DNA from: Prasinococcaceae sp. CCMP 1430
Lineage: Eukaryota > Plantae > Prasinodermophyta
DNA: 55,487 nucleotides
Direction of reading: 5' to 3'
Assembly (NCBI GenBank): GCA_013416795.1
Contig: RQSC01000892.1
Span: 1 to 55,487, forward strand
Positions 47,074 through 55,487 of this stretch are shown in pieces (within the stretch, counting starts at the first letter, position 1; each line of letters begins with the position of its first letter). Under the pieces are notes generated by a model. That model did no database searches. It saw nothing but the letters and a program-made list of their open reading frames with translations, and had not been told where the DNA came from. The position numbers and the translations under genes were made by a program.

Positions 47074-48854
47074 ATGCCCCAGCCGCCGCGCCGCCGCGGA
47101 GCGCGGACGGCGCTGCGCTGCGCGAAGGGGCTGCTCGGTGTGGCAGCCCTGATGGCGCTGGCGACGGGATGCGCTGGGCAAGTCAGCGGCGCGTGGAGCA
47201 GCGACAATATCCCACCGGCGAACTTGACGGAGCGTCGTGCGCAGCTCATCGCAGACGACCGCAGGTGCGTGTATGTGTGCAAGCGCGCGGGCATGCTTGC
47301 ACCTGCATGCGTAAGCGCACCTTCTCTCACACGCACACACTTTATACACGCGTGATCTCCGCGCACGCGCTCATCCGTGCACATGCGCGACCGCGCACGC
47401 TTGTTCATCCACGCGTGCGCGGCGCAGGTGGCCTTCGGTGTACGTGGTCGGCGTGCAGAAGGGCGGCACGACCTCGATCGCACACTGGCTGTGGAAGGCG
47501 GGGCACTTCTGCCACCCCACGCTGCGCAGGGACGGCTCGAGGCTCGGTAGCTTCAGGCAGAAGGAGGCACGTGCCGCTTTCGTCTGCGTGTTCGTGTGTG
47601 CTTGCGTGCGTGCGCCCCTGTGCACGTGAAAATCAGCCCCTAACGCACATACGCACACACACGATAACATAGGTGCGCTTCTTCGATCACGAGGCGAATT
47701 ACGCGCGCGGATCTTCCGCGTACCTCGATCAGTGGCACCAATGCACCGTGGCGGAGCCGCGTTTCGACGCGTCGCCGATGTATCTGGCAACTGCAGGGAC
47801 GGCGCAGGTACGCCGTGCATGCGTGTGCGTGCGTACATATGTGCGCGTGCGCATGTGCGCGCGCATTTGCATGCGTAAAGCACCATGTGTGCGCCCGTGC
47901 TGGCGGCCATGTGCGCGCGCATGTGCTGACGAGTGGCGTCACGGCACAGCTCGCGCTGGCGACCATACCGTCAGCCGTAGCGGCGCACGTGCGCATCGTG
48001 GCCTCGTTGCGTGAGAGCGCAGAGAGGCGGTTGAGCCGCTACAATGACTACGTGCAAGCATGCGCACACAGCCGCAACCCGCACTCGAAGAAGTGCGCAC
48101 AAGTCCTACCGCACGGCGACGGCGACAGGACAAAGGCAGCCGTAAGGCTGCTGCGCGAGGGCGGATGCACGAGCACCGAGGCGTGTTTCAGGTCCTTCCA
48201 GGTGCGTGTGCGCGCGTGCTCGAGTGCTTGCTTGAGTGCTTGCTTGTGTGCGTGCGTGTGTGCGCACGCGTGTCTGCCCGTGTGCCTTGATAAGGACTTG
48301 CGCGCGCTGACGTGCTGGCACGCGCGATCTCGCACACGCGCACACACGTGCTGGCGCACACACGCTCCCAGGAGTGGGCGGAGTTCCTCGACATGAAGGG
48401 GCAGTACGGCGAGGGGGAGAATGAGATCTTCGCGTGGGTGGAACACCTGGCCGATTGGGCGGACGCGTTTGGGCGGGATAAGTTGCTGGTGCTCAACTTC
48501 GACGAGCTGACGCGGCGCGGCGACACGGCCATCCGCCGCCTCGAAGGCTTCGTCGGCATCAACGGCCAGTACGAAGAAGTCCCGCACGCCAACGAGCGCC
48601 CGAGCCCCCTCAAAATCCACCACGTGCCGTGCGATTACTGGGCCGAACATGGGCCAAAGCTCGACAAGGGGTACCAGCAGCTCTACAGGTGGCTACAGTG
48701 CTCCACCAACTCGGCCGGACCCGCGCCCCGGTCCGAGGCGGCGCCTTGGGGCGTCTTCGAGAGCGCGCTGGAGTCGGACGCGCGCTGCGGCGTACGCACA
48801 TTCAACGCCAGCGGCCTCGCGCCCACGCCTGGGGAGCGCTTTGCATGCGGCTGA
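47074..48854 (+). CDS. Sulfotransferase (HS3ST-like Sulfotransfer_1 type), signal-anchored, 5 exons
   Basis: PSVYVVGVQKGGTTS, KE|VRFFD, FDASPMYL, IVASLRESAERRLSRYN and WADAFGRDKLLVLNFDEL. Introns 47265-47427, 47567-47672 (GC-AG), 47808-47949 and 48202-48371. Confidence 0.88.
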
Positions 48855-49348
48855 GGACCGCCGTCCGCTGGCGGCGCCGCGCTTGCGTAGGGTAATCGCT
48901 GTCTTAGGATGCTCGTGGCCATGGGGTCATTGGGGTGGCAGGCTGGGCAAAGGGCTCGGAAAGTCTGAGCAGGATCAGACTTCGGCTCGCAGCATGCAGG
49001 TTGGATGCGCGCGCATCGCGGGGGCTTGTCATCGCCACTGCATAAGCTGCTGCCGCAGCCTTCGCCGCTGCAGCCTTCGCCGCAAGCCGCGCCACCTTCT
49101 CTAGCAACGAAGTCAGCAGGTGCGAAGGAACGGCAGCTCATAGTAGTTGACCGCTGTCTCTGAGTTACATGCCCATGGTCCGCTCTCTCCCGCGCCTAGC
49201 TAGTTGCGCGCTCCTGCCCAGGGCCCCTTCCCGTGCGAGCGACACCAGCAGTAATCCTGTGTATACAGTACGTAGTACGTGGCATCCCATGGTACGTACG
49301 TACTGCACTGACTGAGGATGGGCGTGGCCATTTGGGCGGCAGCAGCGA

Positions 49349-51032
49349 TCATCCAACGAGGCAGTCGGCGCCGACGGGGACGCACAGGGGCTCGCACACG
49401 CCGCCCCCGAGCGCGGAGGTGCACGCGTCCGCGCCCCGTGCGCCAAACGCGGCGCACGTCGGGGCGTGGGTCCGCGCTGACGGCAGGCAGAGCTTTGCGT
49501 TCCGCTTCTTCCCTCCCGAGTCCTTGAATTTGGGCGTGCGAAATGCGCATCCGTCCCTCAGGCACTTCTTGCGCTTCGACGAACGCGCCGCGCAGTCCGT
49601 CGGGGGAGGTGGCGCCTCTACATTGTCGCGCGCGAGCAGCGAGGCAACGCGGCACGAACCGCCGTGCCACTCACAGCCGGCTGCCGTGCCTGTGCCGCCC
49701 GCCACCGCGCATGCGGACTCCCCCATCGCACCCGCCGCGCAAGTCGCCTGCGCGTCCGCGACGGCGCCCCATGCGTGCCACGTCGCCGCGCCGGGGCCAC
49801 CGACATTAGCTCGTGACGGTTCCTATTCATGTATTTGTGGATGTGCATGAGTGCATATGCCAGGGAGGGAAGGCGTGTGTGTGCTCGTCAGCGCCCTCCG
49901 CGTATGCGCGGGCGCTCGTGCATGCGCGCGCTCACACGCGTCCTACGGTATCAACGCACACACAGGCACACATACACACATGCACACACTAAGCACACAC
50001 CCTCTTGTACTTCGCCATCTTCTTTGCCTTTTTCTTCTTCCTAGGATTTTTGCCTTCCTCATCACGACCGACACGGCCTGCCGCTGCTCTGTACGTGTGG
50101 CCACCGAGATTTCTGACAGCTTCTGGATGCGTGGGCTCGAAGTAGAGGTCATCCGCGACGCCCTGCGCGCCGTCGCCGAGCGCCAGATTGCCCTCAAAGG
50201 CACACCCTTCGAAGGTAACTCGCGGGTCCTCCCACGAGATGGACACGGCACCGCCGCCGGGGAATCCCGCCTCGTTGGCAACGAAAGAGCAATCTCGGAA
50301 GGTGACGTCCTTGCGCTGCGAGGCGCCCACGGCACCGCCACGGTGCTTTGCCTTGTTGCTCTCGAACACGCAGCCTACGAATTCGAGCGCGCCCGGGAGC
50401 TTGCCGTAGACGGCCCCGCCACCGCCCCTCGGCGCCTCATTACCCACAAAGCTGACGTTCTCGAAGCGGGCACGCCCTCCCGCATACACGACGACGGCCC
50501 CACCCCAGAGCCCGCCGCCGCCGGCCTTAGAGTCCTGCGCGAACTCCTCTAGCCGCAGCCGTTGGAGGTGCACCTCGGCGCCAGCGAGCGCGCGCTCCTC
50601 CTCGGATGCTTCCTCGTCGAAGTCGTACCCAAAAATTTCCTCGAAGAGCTTGAGCGCGCGGTGGCGCACGCGCCCCACAAGCGCGGGCGGCCTAAGCACG
50701 CACTCACCGCCCGCGCGCAGGTGCGAGCATTCGCCCGCCAGGACAACCGAGTGGCGTATAGACAGCTGGGTGTCCCAGTCGAGGATGTCGGAAACGATTG
50801 CGACGTGCTCAGCGCCTGCGTCGATCGCGGCGCGCAGCTCGCCAAACGTCGCTGCCGCCGCGTGCGTGGCTTGGAGCGCTTCTCCCGTGGCCGCAGCGGC
50901 TGCGCCGGCGGCACCGACAAGCACCGCTGCCAGTAGCGAGGGCCGAGCGGCTCGTCCCCGCGCCTGCCTGGCACACCCCCACGCGCGCGGAGTGCAAGCA
51001 AGTACTACCGGTAGGTCCCCGAGGGGCGGCAT
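49349..51032 (-). CDS. Secreted Pmp-repeat / right-handed beta-helix protein with a basic Cys-rich C-terminal domain, 2 exons
   Basis: Hydrophobic leader (SLLAAVLVGAAGAAAA), then repeated GGAV and FxxN motifs (SFVGNEA, VFESNKA, SFVANEA, AFEGNLA). An intron at ~49823-50000 joins to a Cys-rich exon. Confidence 0.8.
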
Positions 51033-51479
51033 GCCGTGTGCTGCGCGCGCTGTGCCAGAGCCGTCGCGCCCTTTGGCATTTCTGTCTCCTCCCGCCAGCC
51101 CCCACAAGGCGAGGGTGAGCAGGCCGACGGCGCGCCTGCCAGCGCGTCGCCGGGGGAACCCGAAAAGTGGCTATGATCCTGTCATCGCACCTCAGTCCAC
51201 ACACGATACCATTTGAGCACCTACCTGGGTACGCGGACGGGGTGTGCGACCAAGCGTTCCTACGACGCTGATGAGGTGCGGACTGCGGGCGCATCTCCCC
51301 GGGGGGCGTCGGGGAGCGTGGGGCACAGCTCGCGCGGAGGGCGCGGCGGCCGCCGCGGGGCGGGGTGCGCGCGCGCGCGTGTGTCTCTGTGTGTGTTTCT
51401 ATGTTGGGCAGGTAGGGGGCGCAGGGGCGCGGCGCGCGGCGCGCAGGCGTGCGGACGAGCACAAACGGCGCCGGCGGCG

Positions 51480-52230
51480 ATGGCGACCAGCGGCGGCGAT
51501 GACAAAGCCTTTGAGGTGGTGTGCACGGGTGCCGCGCTGCGCCTCGCTAAGGGATGGCTAGGCGGTGCAGAGGGCGAGGACGAGGATGACGTCGTCGACG
51601 ACAGCGCGCACATTGAGGCGCGCCAGGCGCGGCTCGGGCTGGGCGCCAAGTACCTGCCACACAACGCCGCCGTGCAGGATCCGCTGCGGCGAGTGCTCGG
51701 AAAGCACGCCAAGGTGCGTGGGCGCGCGCGCATGTCTCAGCCTTGAGCCCTCACACACAGCCCAGGCGCAGCATTGCCCCCCTTCCTTCTCCCACCGCCC
51801 GCCCCGGACCCTTGCGTGACACCCCTGACGGTGCAACCCCCCCACACCCCCCGCGGCCCCACCATGCCATGCCACGCCAGAAAACGAGGGAGCGACGAGC
51901 AGCAGAGGAGGCTGAGGCGGCTGGACAACAAGGTGTGATTCCTATGCGCATGGGCTGGAGGTGCGAGCGAACATGCGGCGTGCGTGTCGACACTGACATC
52001 AGTCGTGCTTGCGCCCCGCGCGCATCGCAGGTGAGAGCGACAGCGAGGACGAAGCTCACGAGAGTCGCGCGGCTGCGCTCGCCAGGGGTGGCCGCACCAG
52101 GAAGGGCAAGCACCCGCGCCGCGCGGCAGCTGACGACCTGCTCGCGGCGGTGCCAACCGCGGCGAGCAAGAAGCGCAATAAGAAGAAGCGGCGAATGCAG
52201 CAGCAGCTGCATCCACAGGCGTCTCAGTAA
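51480..52230 (+). CDS. Conserved hypothetical protein with an RxARLGLGAK motif, 3 exons
   Basis: LAKGWL..EARQARLGLGAKYLPH, acidic SDSEDE..ESR and a basic tail. Introns 51714-51880 and ~51933-52030. Confidence 0.7.
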
Positions 52231-52251
52231 CTTTTATGTGACCAGTGCGCG

Positions 52252-55161
52252 TCAGCGTCGAGCGGCCGCGCGCGCTGCGCGGCCCTGGGCCCCGCTGTGA
52301 GCGCGACCTCTGGCAGCGCTTGGCGTGTAGTCGCGAATGTCACTGTCGGAGTCGCCAGACTCGAGCCCCGACTGCGAGTCCGAGCTGCCATCGGTGTCAG
52401 AACCTGAGCCACAGCCTCGGTCAGAGCCTCGACGCGCCTGGCGAACCTCGCCGGCTCTCCGAACCCTCCGCGTCTGTCCCTCGGCCTTTGCCCGTCTGCG
52501 CACACCCATGTCCGAGTTGGTGGGGCTAGGCGTGCGAGTTCGCCCAGCCTCAGTCGGCGGAGTACTCATGTCTGCTTTCGCGCCCTTGCCGTGGCCTGCG
52601 CTGTGGTTGAGTCTCGCGCGCTTGTCTCTGTCGTGGGTGGCACCCCCCGTCTCTTGCGCGAGCGTGTCGCGGCCAGATCCAATCCACCACGCCGTTGGCG
52701 GACCACGCTTGCGCTTGCTGCGCAGCGGCGCATGCGCGACTCGCCTCAGCGTGCCGGGCGACGGCTTCGTCGCCTCCCGCTGCGAAATGTATGCGGGAGC
52801 CGACGCATCGTTGCCCTCCTCGCCCAACGCGCCTGCTACAGATGAGCTGTCCCGAGCGTGCTCTGCAGGCGCACGCCGGTGCGCACGCGCGTCTGCCGTC
52901 GTGCTGTCCTCTTCGGCCGAGCGACGCTCCGAGCACGCAACGCCGCGGGACGCAATGACCTCAGCATCGCAAGCCCCGGCTCGCTCAGATTGATGCCGAC
53001 AATCTGTTCCACTTTCATCGGGTGTATCGCCCTGCTCGCACGCGTCGGCCCCACTGGGCGTCTGCGCTCTGACGAGCTCGGCACCATCCTCTCCTGCGCC
53101 CGGATCGCTACCAGCTGCCATCTCTGGCACTCGAGCGGTTGCGGGCGCCTCTTCTTCACCAGGTGTATTGACCGGAGTTGCCACGACGGCAGCGTCACCG
53201 CACGCTTGCGAGGGCACGCCCGTCGTGCCCGATCCGGGCAGTTGCTCATCGGTTGCCACTGGCCATTGCAATGCAGGCGATTCCTCCGCGGCCGAGATTG
53301 ACGGGAGGGGGGGTAGCTCATCGGCGAGTGGGACGCCCACTGCGACGCCGATACTTGTGCGCGGCTGCACCTGTGGCGAGCACGGCGAAGAGGCCACCGG
53401 CTGCTGCAGCCGCAGCGACGGCGCAAGCTGCTGCTGCTGCTGTTGCTGCTGAAGTGGAGGCGATGACTCCGGCAACTCTTTGGCTCTGCGCCAGTGTTGG
53501 GCACCGGCACTGGTGCTGCTAGGTCCATCGCGCGTCTCGCCAGCAACGTAAAAAGTGCCTAGCAGGCCGTGCGCCGCCCTAGAGCTCCCGGCGTGCGGCT
53601 GGCGCGACGCCGCGCACTTCTGGGGCAGCTCCTGCTCATGCGTTGGGGGAAGTGGTAGATCCGCAATCGCCTCGCCTTCCTTGACACCCTCGCCGAAGTG
53701 CACCCGCATACGCCGACGCACACTCCCATTTCGCTTGAGGATACTTTTGCCTGCTGCTGCTGCGTCGCTCGGTGACGCGCATCCCGCTGGCCCAACCTCT
53801 CTCGCTGGCGAGCCCGTCGACATGTGTGCCGAGGCACATGCAGACGCAGGAGAAGTGCGCGACGGAGAAAGCGCCACCGCCGCGCTCTGCTGACTGGCGC
53901 CATGGCGCTGAGGAGACGAAAGTTGCCTGGACGACGCCGAGGTGCGCGCCTGTGCCTGCTGCACCGCGTACGCGCTCTGATTCGAAGGCGCCGGGGGGCG
54001 CTGCGCCGAGAGCGGCCCGCCAGCGCTTGGCGAGGCGTACGAGGACGACTCGAGGCGCTGCTTGAGGAGGCCCCACTCGTTGAAAAGCTCGTTGATATCC
54101 TTTGGCACGTCTGCAAGCGCAGCCTTCCTGCCGTGCGCCTTCTTGAAGTCATGCTCGAATTGCTTGATCCGCCCTTTCAAGAGGAACGCTTTGCGCAAGT
54201 CGGCGAGCGCAGGTGCGGTGAGCTGCGAGCGCAAGAGGTGTTCGTAGCGGACCTCGGCCGCGCAAGCGCGGCCCTCCAGTGCGGCGAGGCGCGCGGCGAC
54301 CTCGCTCTGGTAACACTGCTGTTTCCCCGGCATGGGTGCGGGCGGCAGCACCTCGCGCTCGCTGTACCTGCCGGCAGCGTGCGCACGTGTGCGGGCCTGC
54401 GACTGCGCAGCGCCATCGCGGGCGCCACGGGGTAGCAGCCGCCGGACGCCGCGCTCGAGCGACACCGGTGCGGTGCCGATGCGCGGCGAGTCGAAATGGC
54501 CAAGCTCTTCGTCGCACTCCAGCTGAAGCGGGTCGCATCGGTCTGTGGGTGCGCCGCTGGCGTGCCCTGGTGGTGAAGATGATGCGCGCGACGCGGGCTG
54601 GCCACCATCCGGTGTGCGCACCCCCTGTGGCGGGCTCAGCGGTTCCTCGCGCGAGGCCGGTGTGTCTGCTCTGCAGGTGCCTGCCCCTCGGTCGAGGGCA
54701 CGCACGGCACCGATGGCATCCGCGCGAGCCTGCGGCGCGGCGCAGGGCGTCCGCAACACGATCGTGAGACCATTGGGCAGCTTCTTCGCGGCGGCCGCTG
54801 CCGCCGTCGCGCTGCCGGGCGCGACAGTGGGCGGGCGCGGCGGTGGCGGCGTAACCTGAACGTGGGACGCCCCCATCGCCCGCACGGCGCCCATTCGCCC
54901 GCCTGTGCCCACAGGACTCGCGCTCAACGTGCTGTCTGCATCGGCGTTGGCGTCGGCGTCGGCGAAGAGGGCGCCGTGGCGCCTCTCCTGTTTGCCAATC
55001 ATCGCGTGCGCTGCGGCCGCTGCATCGCCGGCGGGGTCGGTGAAGCGCAGCGCGCCTTTTGGGCGGCGCATGGCCGGGGGCGGGCAACACCCCACCCCAC
55101 CCCTTGCGCGCGCTCTGGCGTGCGCGCGCCCTGGCGCCCGCAGGAGCGGGACGCGGGACAT
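52252..55161 (-). CDS. Large low-complexity protein with an Sld2/FAM13-like helical module, SILK+RVxF motifs and a CENP-C-like motif
   Basis: Uninterrupted ORF of about 970 aa: LKGRIKQFEHDFKKAHGRKA..D..ELFNEWGLLK, KSILKR..RRMRVHF, RSKRKRGPPTAWW and a polyQ tract. The start is at 55161 or 55071. Confidence 0.7.
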   Translation of the reverse strand: MSRVPLLRAPGRAHARARARGGVGCCPPPAMRRPKGALRFTDPAGDAAAAAHAMIGKQERRHGALFADADANADADSTLSASPVGTGGRMGAVRAMGASHVQVTPPPPRPPTVAPGSATAAAAAAKKLPNGLTIVLRTPCAAPQARADAIGAVRALDRGAGTCRADTPASREEPLSPPQGVRTPDGGQPASRASSSPPGHASGAPTDRCDPLQLECDEELGHFDSPRIGTAPVSLERGVRRLLPRGARDGAAQSQARTRAHAAGRYSEREVLPPAPMPGKQQCYQSEVAARLAALEGRACAAEVRYEHLLRSQLTAPALADLRKAFLLKGRIKQFEHDFKKAHGRKAALADVPKDINELFNEWGLLKQRLESSSYASPSAGGPLSAQRPPAPSNQSAYAVQQAQARTSASSRQLSSPQRHGASQQSAAVALSPSRTSPASACASAHMSTGSPAREVGPAGCASPSDAAAAGKSILKRNGSVRRRMRVHFGEGVKEGEAIADLPLPPTHEQELPQKCAASRQPHAGSSRAAHGLLGTFYVAGETRDGPSSTSAGAQHWRRAKELPESSPPLQQQQQQQQLAPSLRLQQPVASSPCSPQVQPRTSIGVAVGVPLADELPPLPSISAAEESPALQWPVATDEQLPGSGTTGVPSQACGDAAVVATPVNTPGEEEAPATARVPEMAAGSDPGAGEDGAELVRAQTPSGADACEQGDTPDESGTDCRHQSERAGACDAEVIASRGVACSERRSAEEDSTTADARAHRRAPAEHARDSSSVAGALGEEGNDASAPAYISQREATKPSPGTLRRVAHAPLRSKRKRGPPTAWWIGSGRDTLAQETGGATHDRDKRARLNHSAGHGKGAKADMSTPPTEAGRTRTPSPTNSDMGVRRRAKAEGQTRRVRRAGEVRQARRGSDRGCGSGSDTDGSSDSQSGLESGDSDSDIRDYTPSAARGRAHSGAQGRAARAAARR

Positions 55162-55214
55162 GTTGAGCGGGAGGGCATGCGGGCGCTTTCGCCCACGCGA
55201 ATCCAAGCGCGCCG

Positions 55215-55226
55215 TTTCCCGCCAAA
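55215..55226. promoter_or_regulatory. Canonical E2F site TTTCCCGCCAAA
   Basis: Exact double-sided E2F consensus about 55 nt upstream of the minus-strand ATG at 55161. Confidence 0.65.
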
Positions 55227-55307
55227 TTTGCCTCGCCCTGATCGCGGTTCGCGGCACTTCGATGTTTGGGATAATTAATTAGGGTCAATTTCGGCCGCAG
55301 GGTCTAT

Positions 55308-55377
55308 GTACAGGTGCAGTGTACCATCAGATGGTACCATAGCTAGCTTACATACCATCCTGATGGTACAGGTGCAG
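55308..55377. repeat. Small nested inverted/direct repeat
   Basis: TGTACCATCAG (55320-30) and CTGATGGTACA (55360-70) form a perfect inverted repeat. GTACAGGTGCAG is a direct repeat at 55308-19 and 55366-77. Confidence 0.75.
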
Positions 55378-55487
55378 GCAGGCCCAGGCCCCGGCGCAGG
55401 CCATGCGATGCCACGCGATGCCACGCATGCGCGTGCGCCGTGCCATGCAGCGCCGGGCGCGGGCACGCGGCCGCGCGCGAGACGGCG

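Noticed and set aside
47265-48371. Introns rich in TGCG/CACA repeats as Introner elements
   Set aside because: The similarity is only low-complexity composition. I could see no extended shared sequence, TIRs or TSDs between introns.
1-55487. CRISPR arrays, rRNA, tRNA, prophage or giant-virus insert
   Set aside because: I saw no repeat-spacer periodicity, no recognisable structural RNA genes and no viral hallmark genes, and composition and intron style are uniform.

Overview
Very GC-rich (roughly 70% by eye), gene-dense eukaryotic nuclear DNA with short GT-AG introns (donors mostly GTGCG/GTACG, CTGAC branch points) and TGTAA-type poly(A) signals. This fits a compact green-algal genome of prasinophyte/Prasinodermophyte grade; the taxon is an inference. 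About 25 protein genes can be read: Elp6-like, RNase HI, DXO/Rai1, MESH1/HDDC3, GT15 mannosyltransferase, SPPL, OSCA/CSC1, RluD, EamA, ZMAT2, SHQ1, PAQR, CCDC180/CFAP76, ASPM, PanK-DUF89, a TPR-like protein, a glutathione peroxidase, three sulfotransferases, a Pmp-repeat protein and several hypotheticals. Most notable: (1) the GPX has an in-frame UGA at the catalytic site and a 3'UTR SECIS-like hairpin with a non-canonical C-rich apical motif; (2) three adjacent signal-anchored sulfotransferases from two families lie next to a secreted beta-helix protein, a candidate sulfated-glycan locus; (3) an uncharacterised ~970-aa protein behind a perfect E2F site combines SILK+RVxF PP1-docking motifs, an Sld2/FAM13-like helical module and a CENP-C-like motif. 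Two orphan gene fragments next to single-N gaps are probably assembly artefacts. No rRNA, tRNA, CRISPR array or intact transposon was recognised. All family calls come from motif recognition, not database searches.
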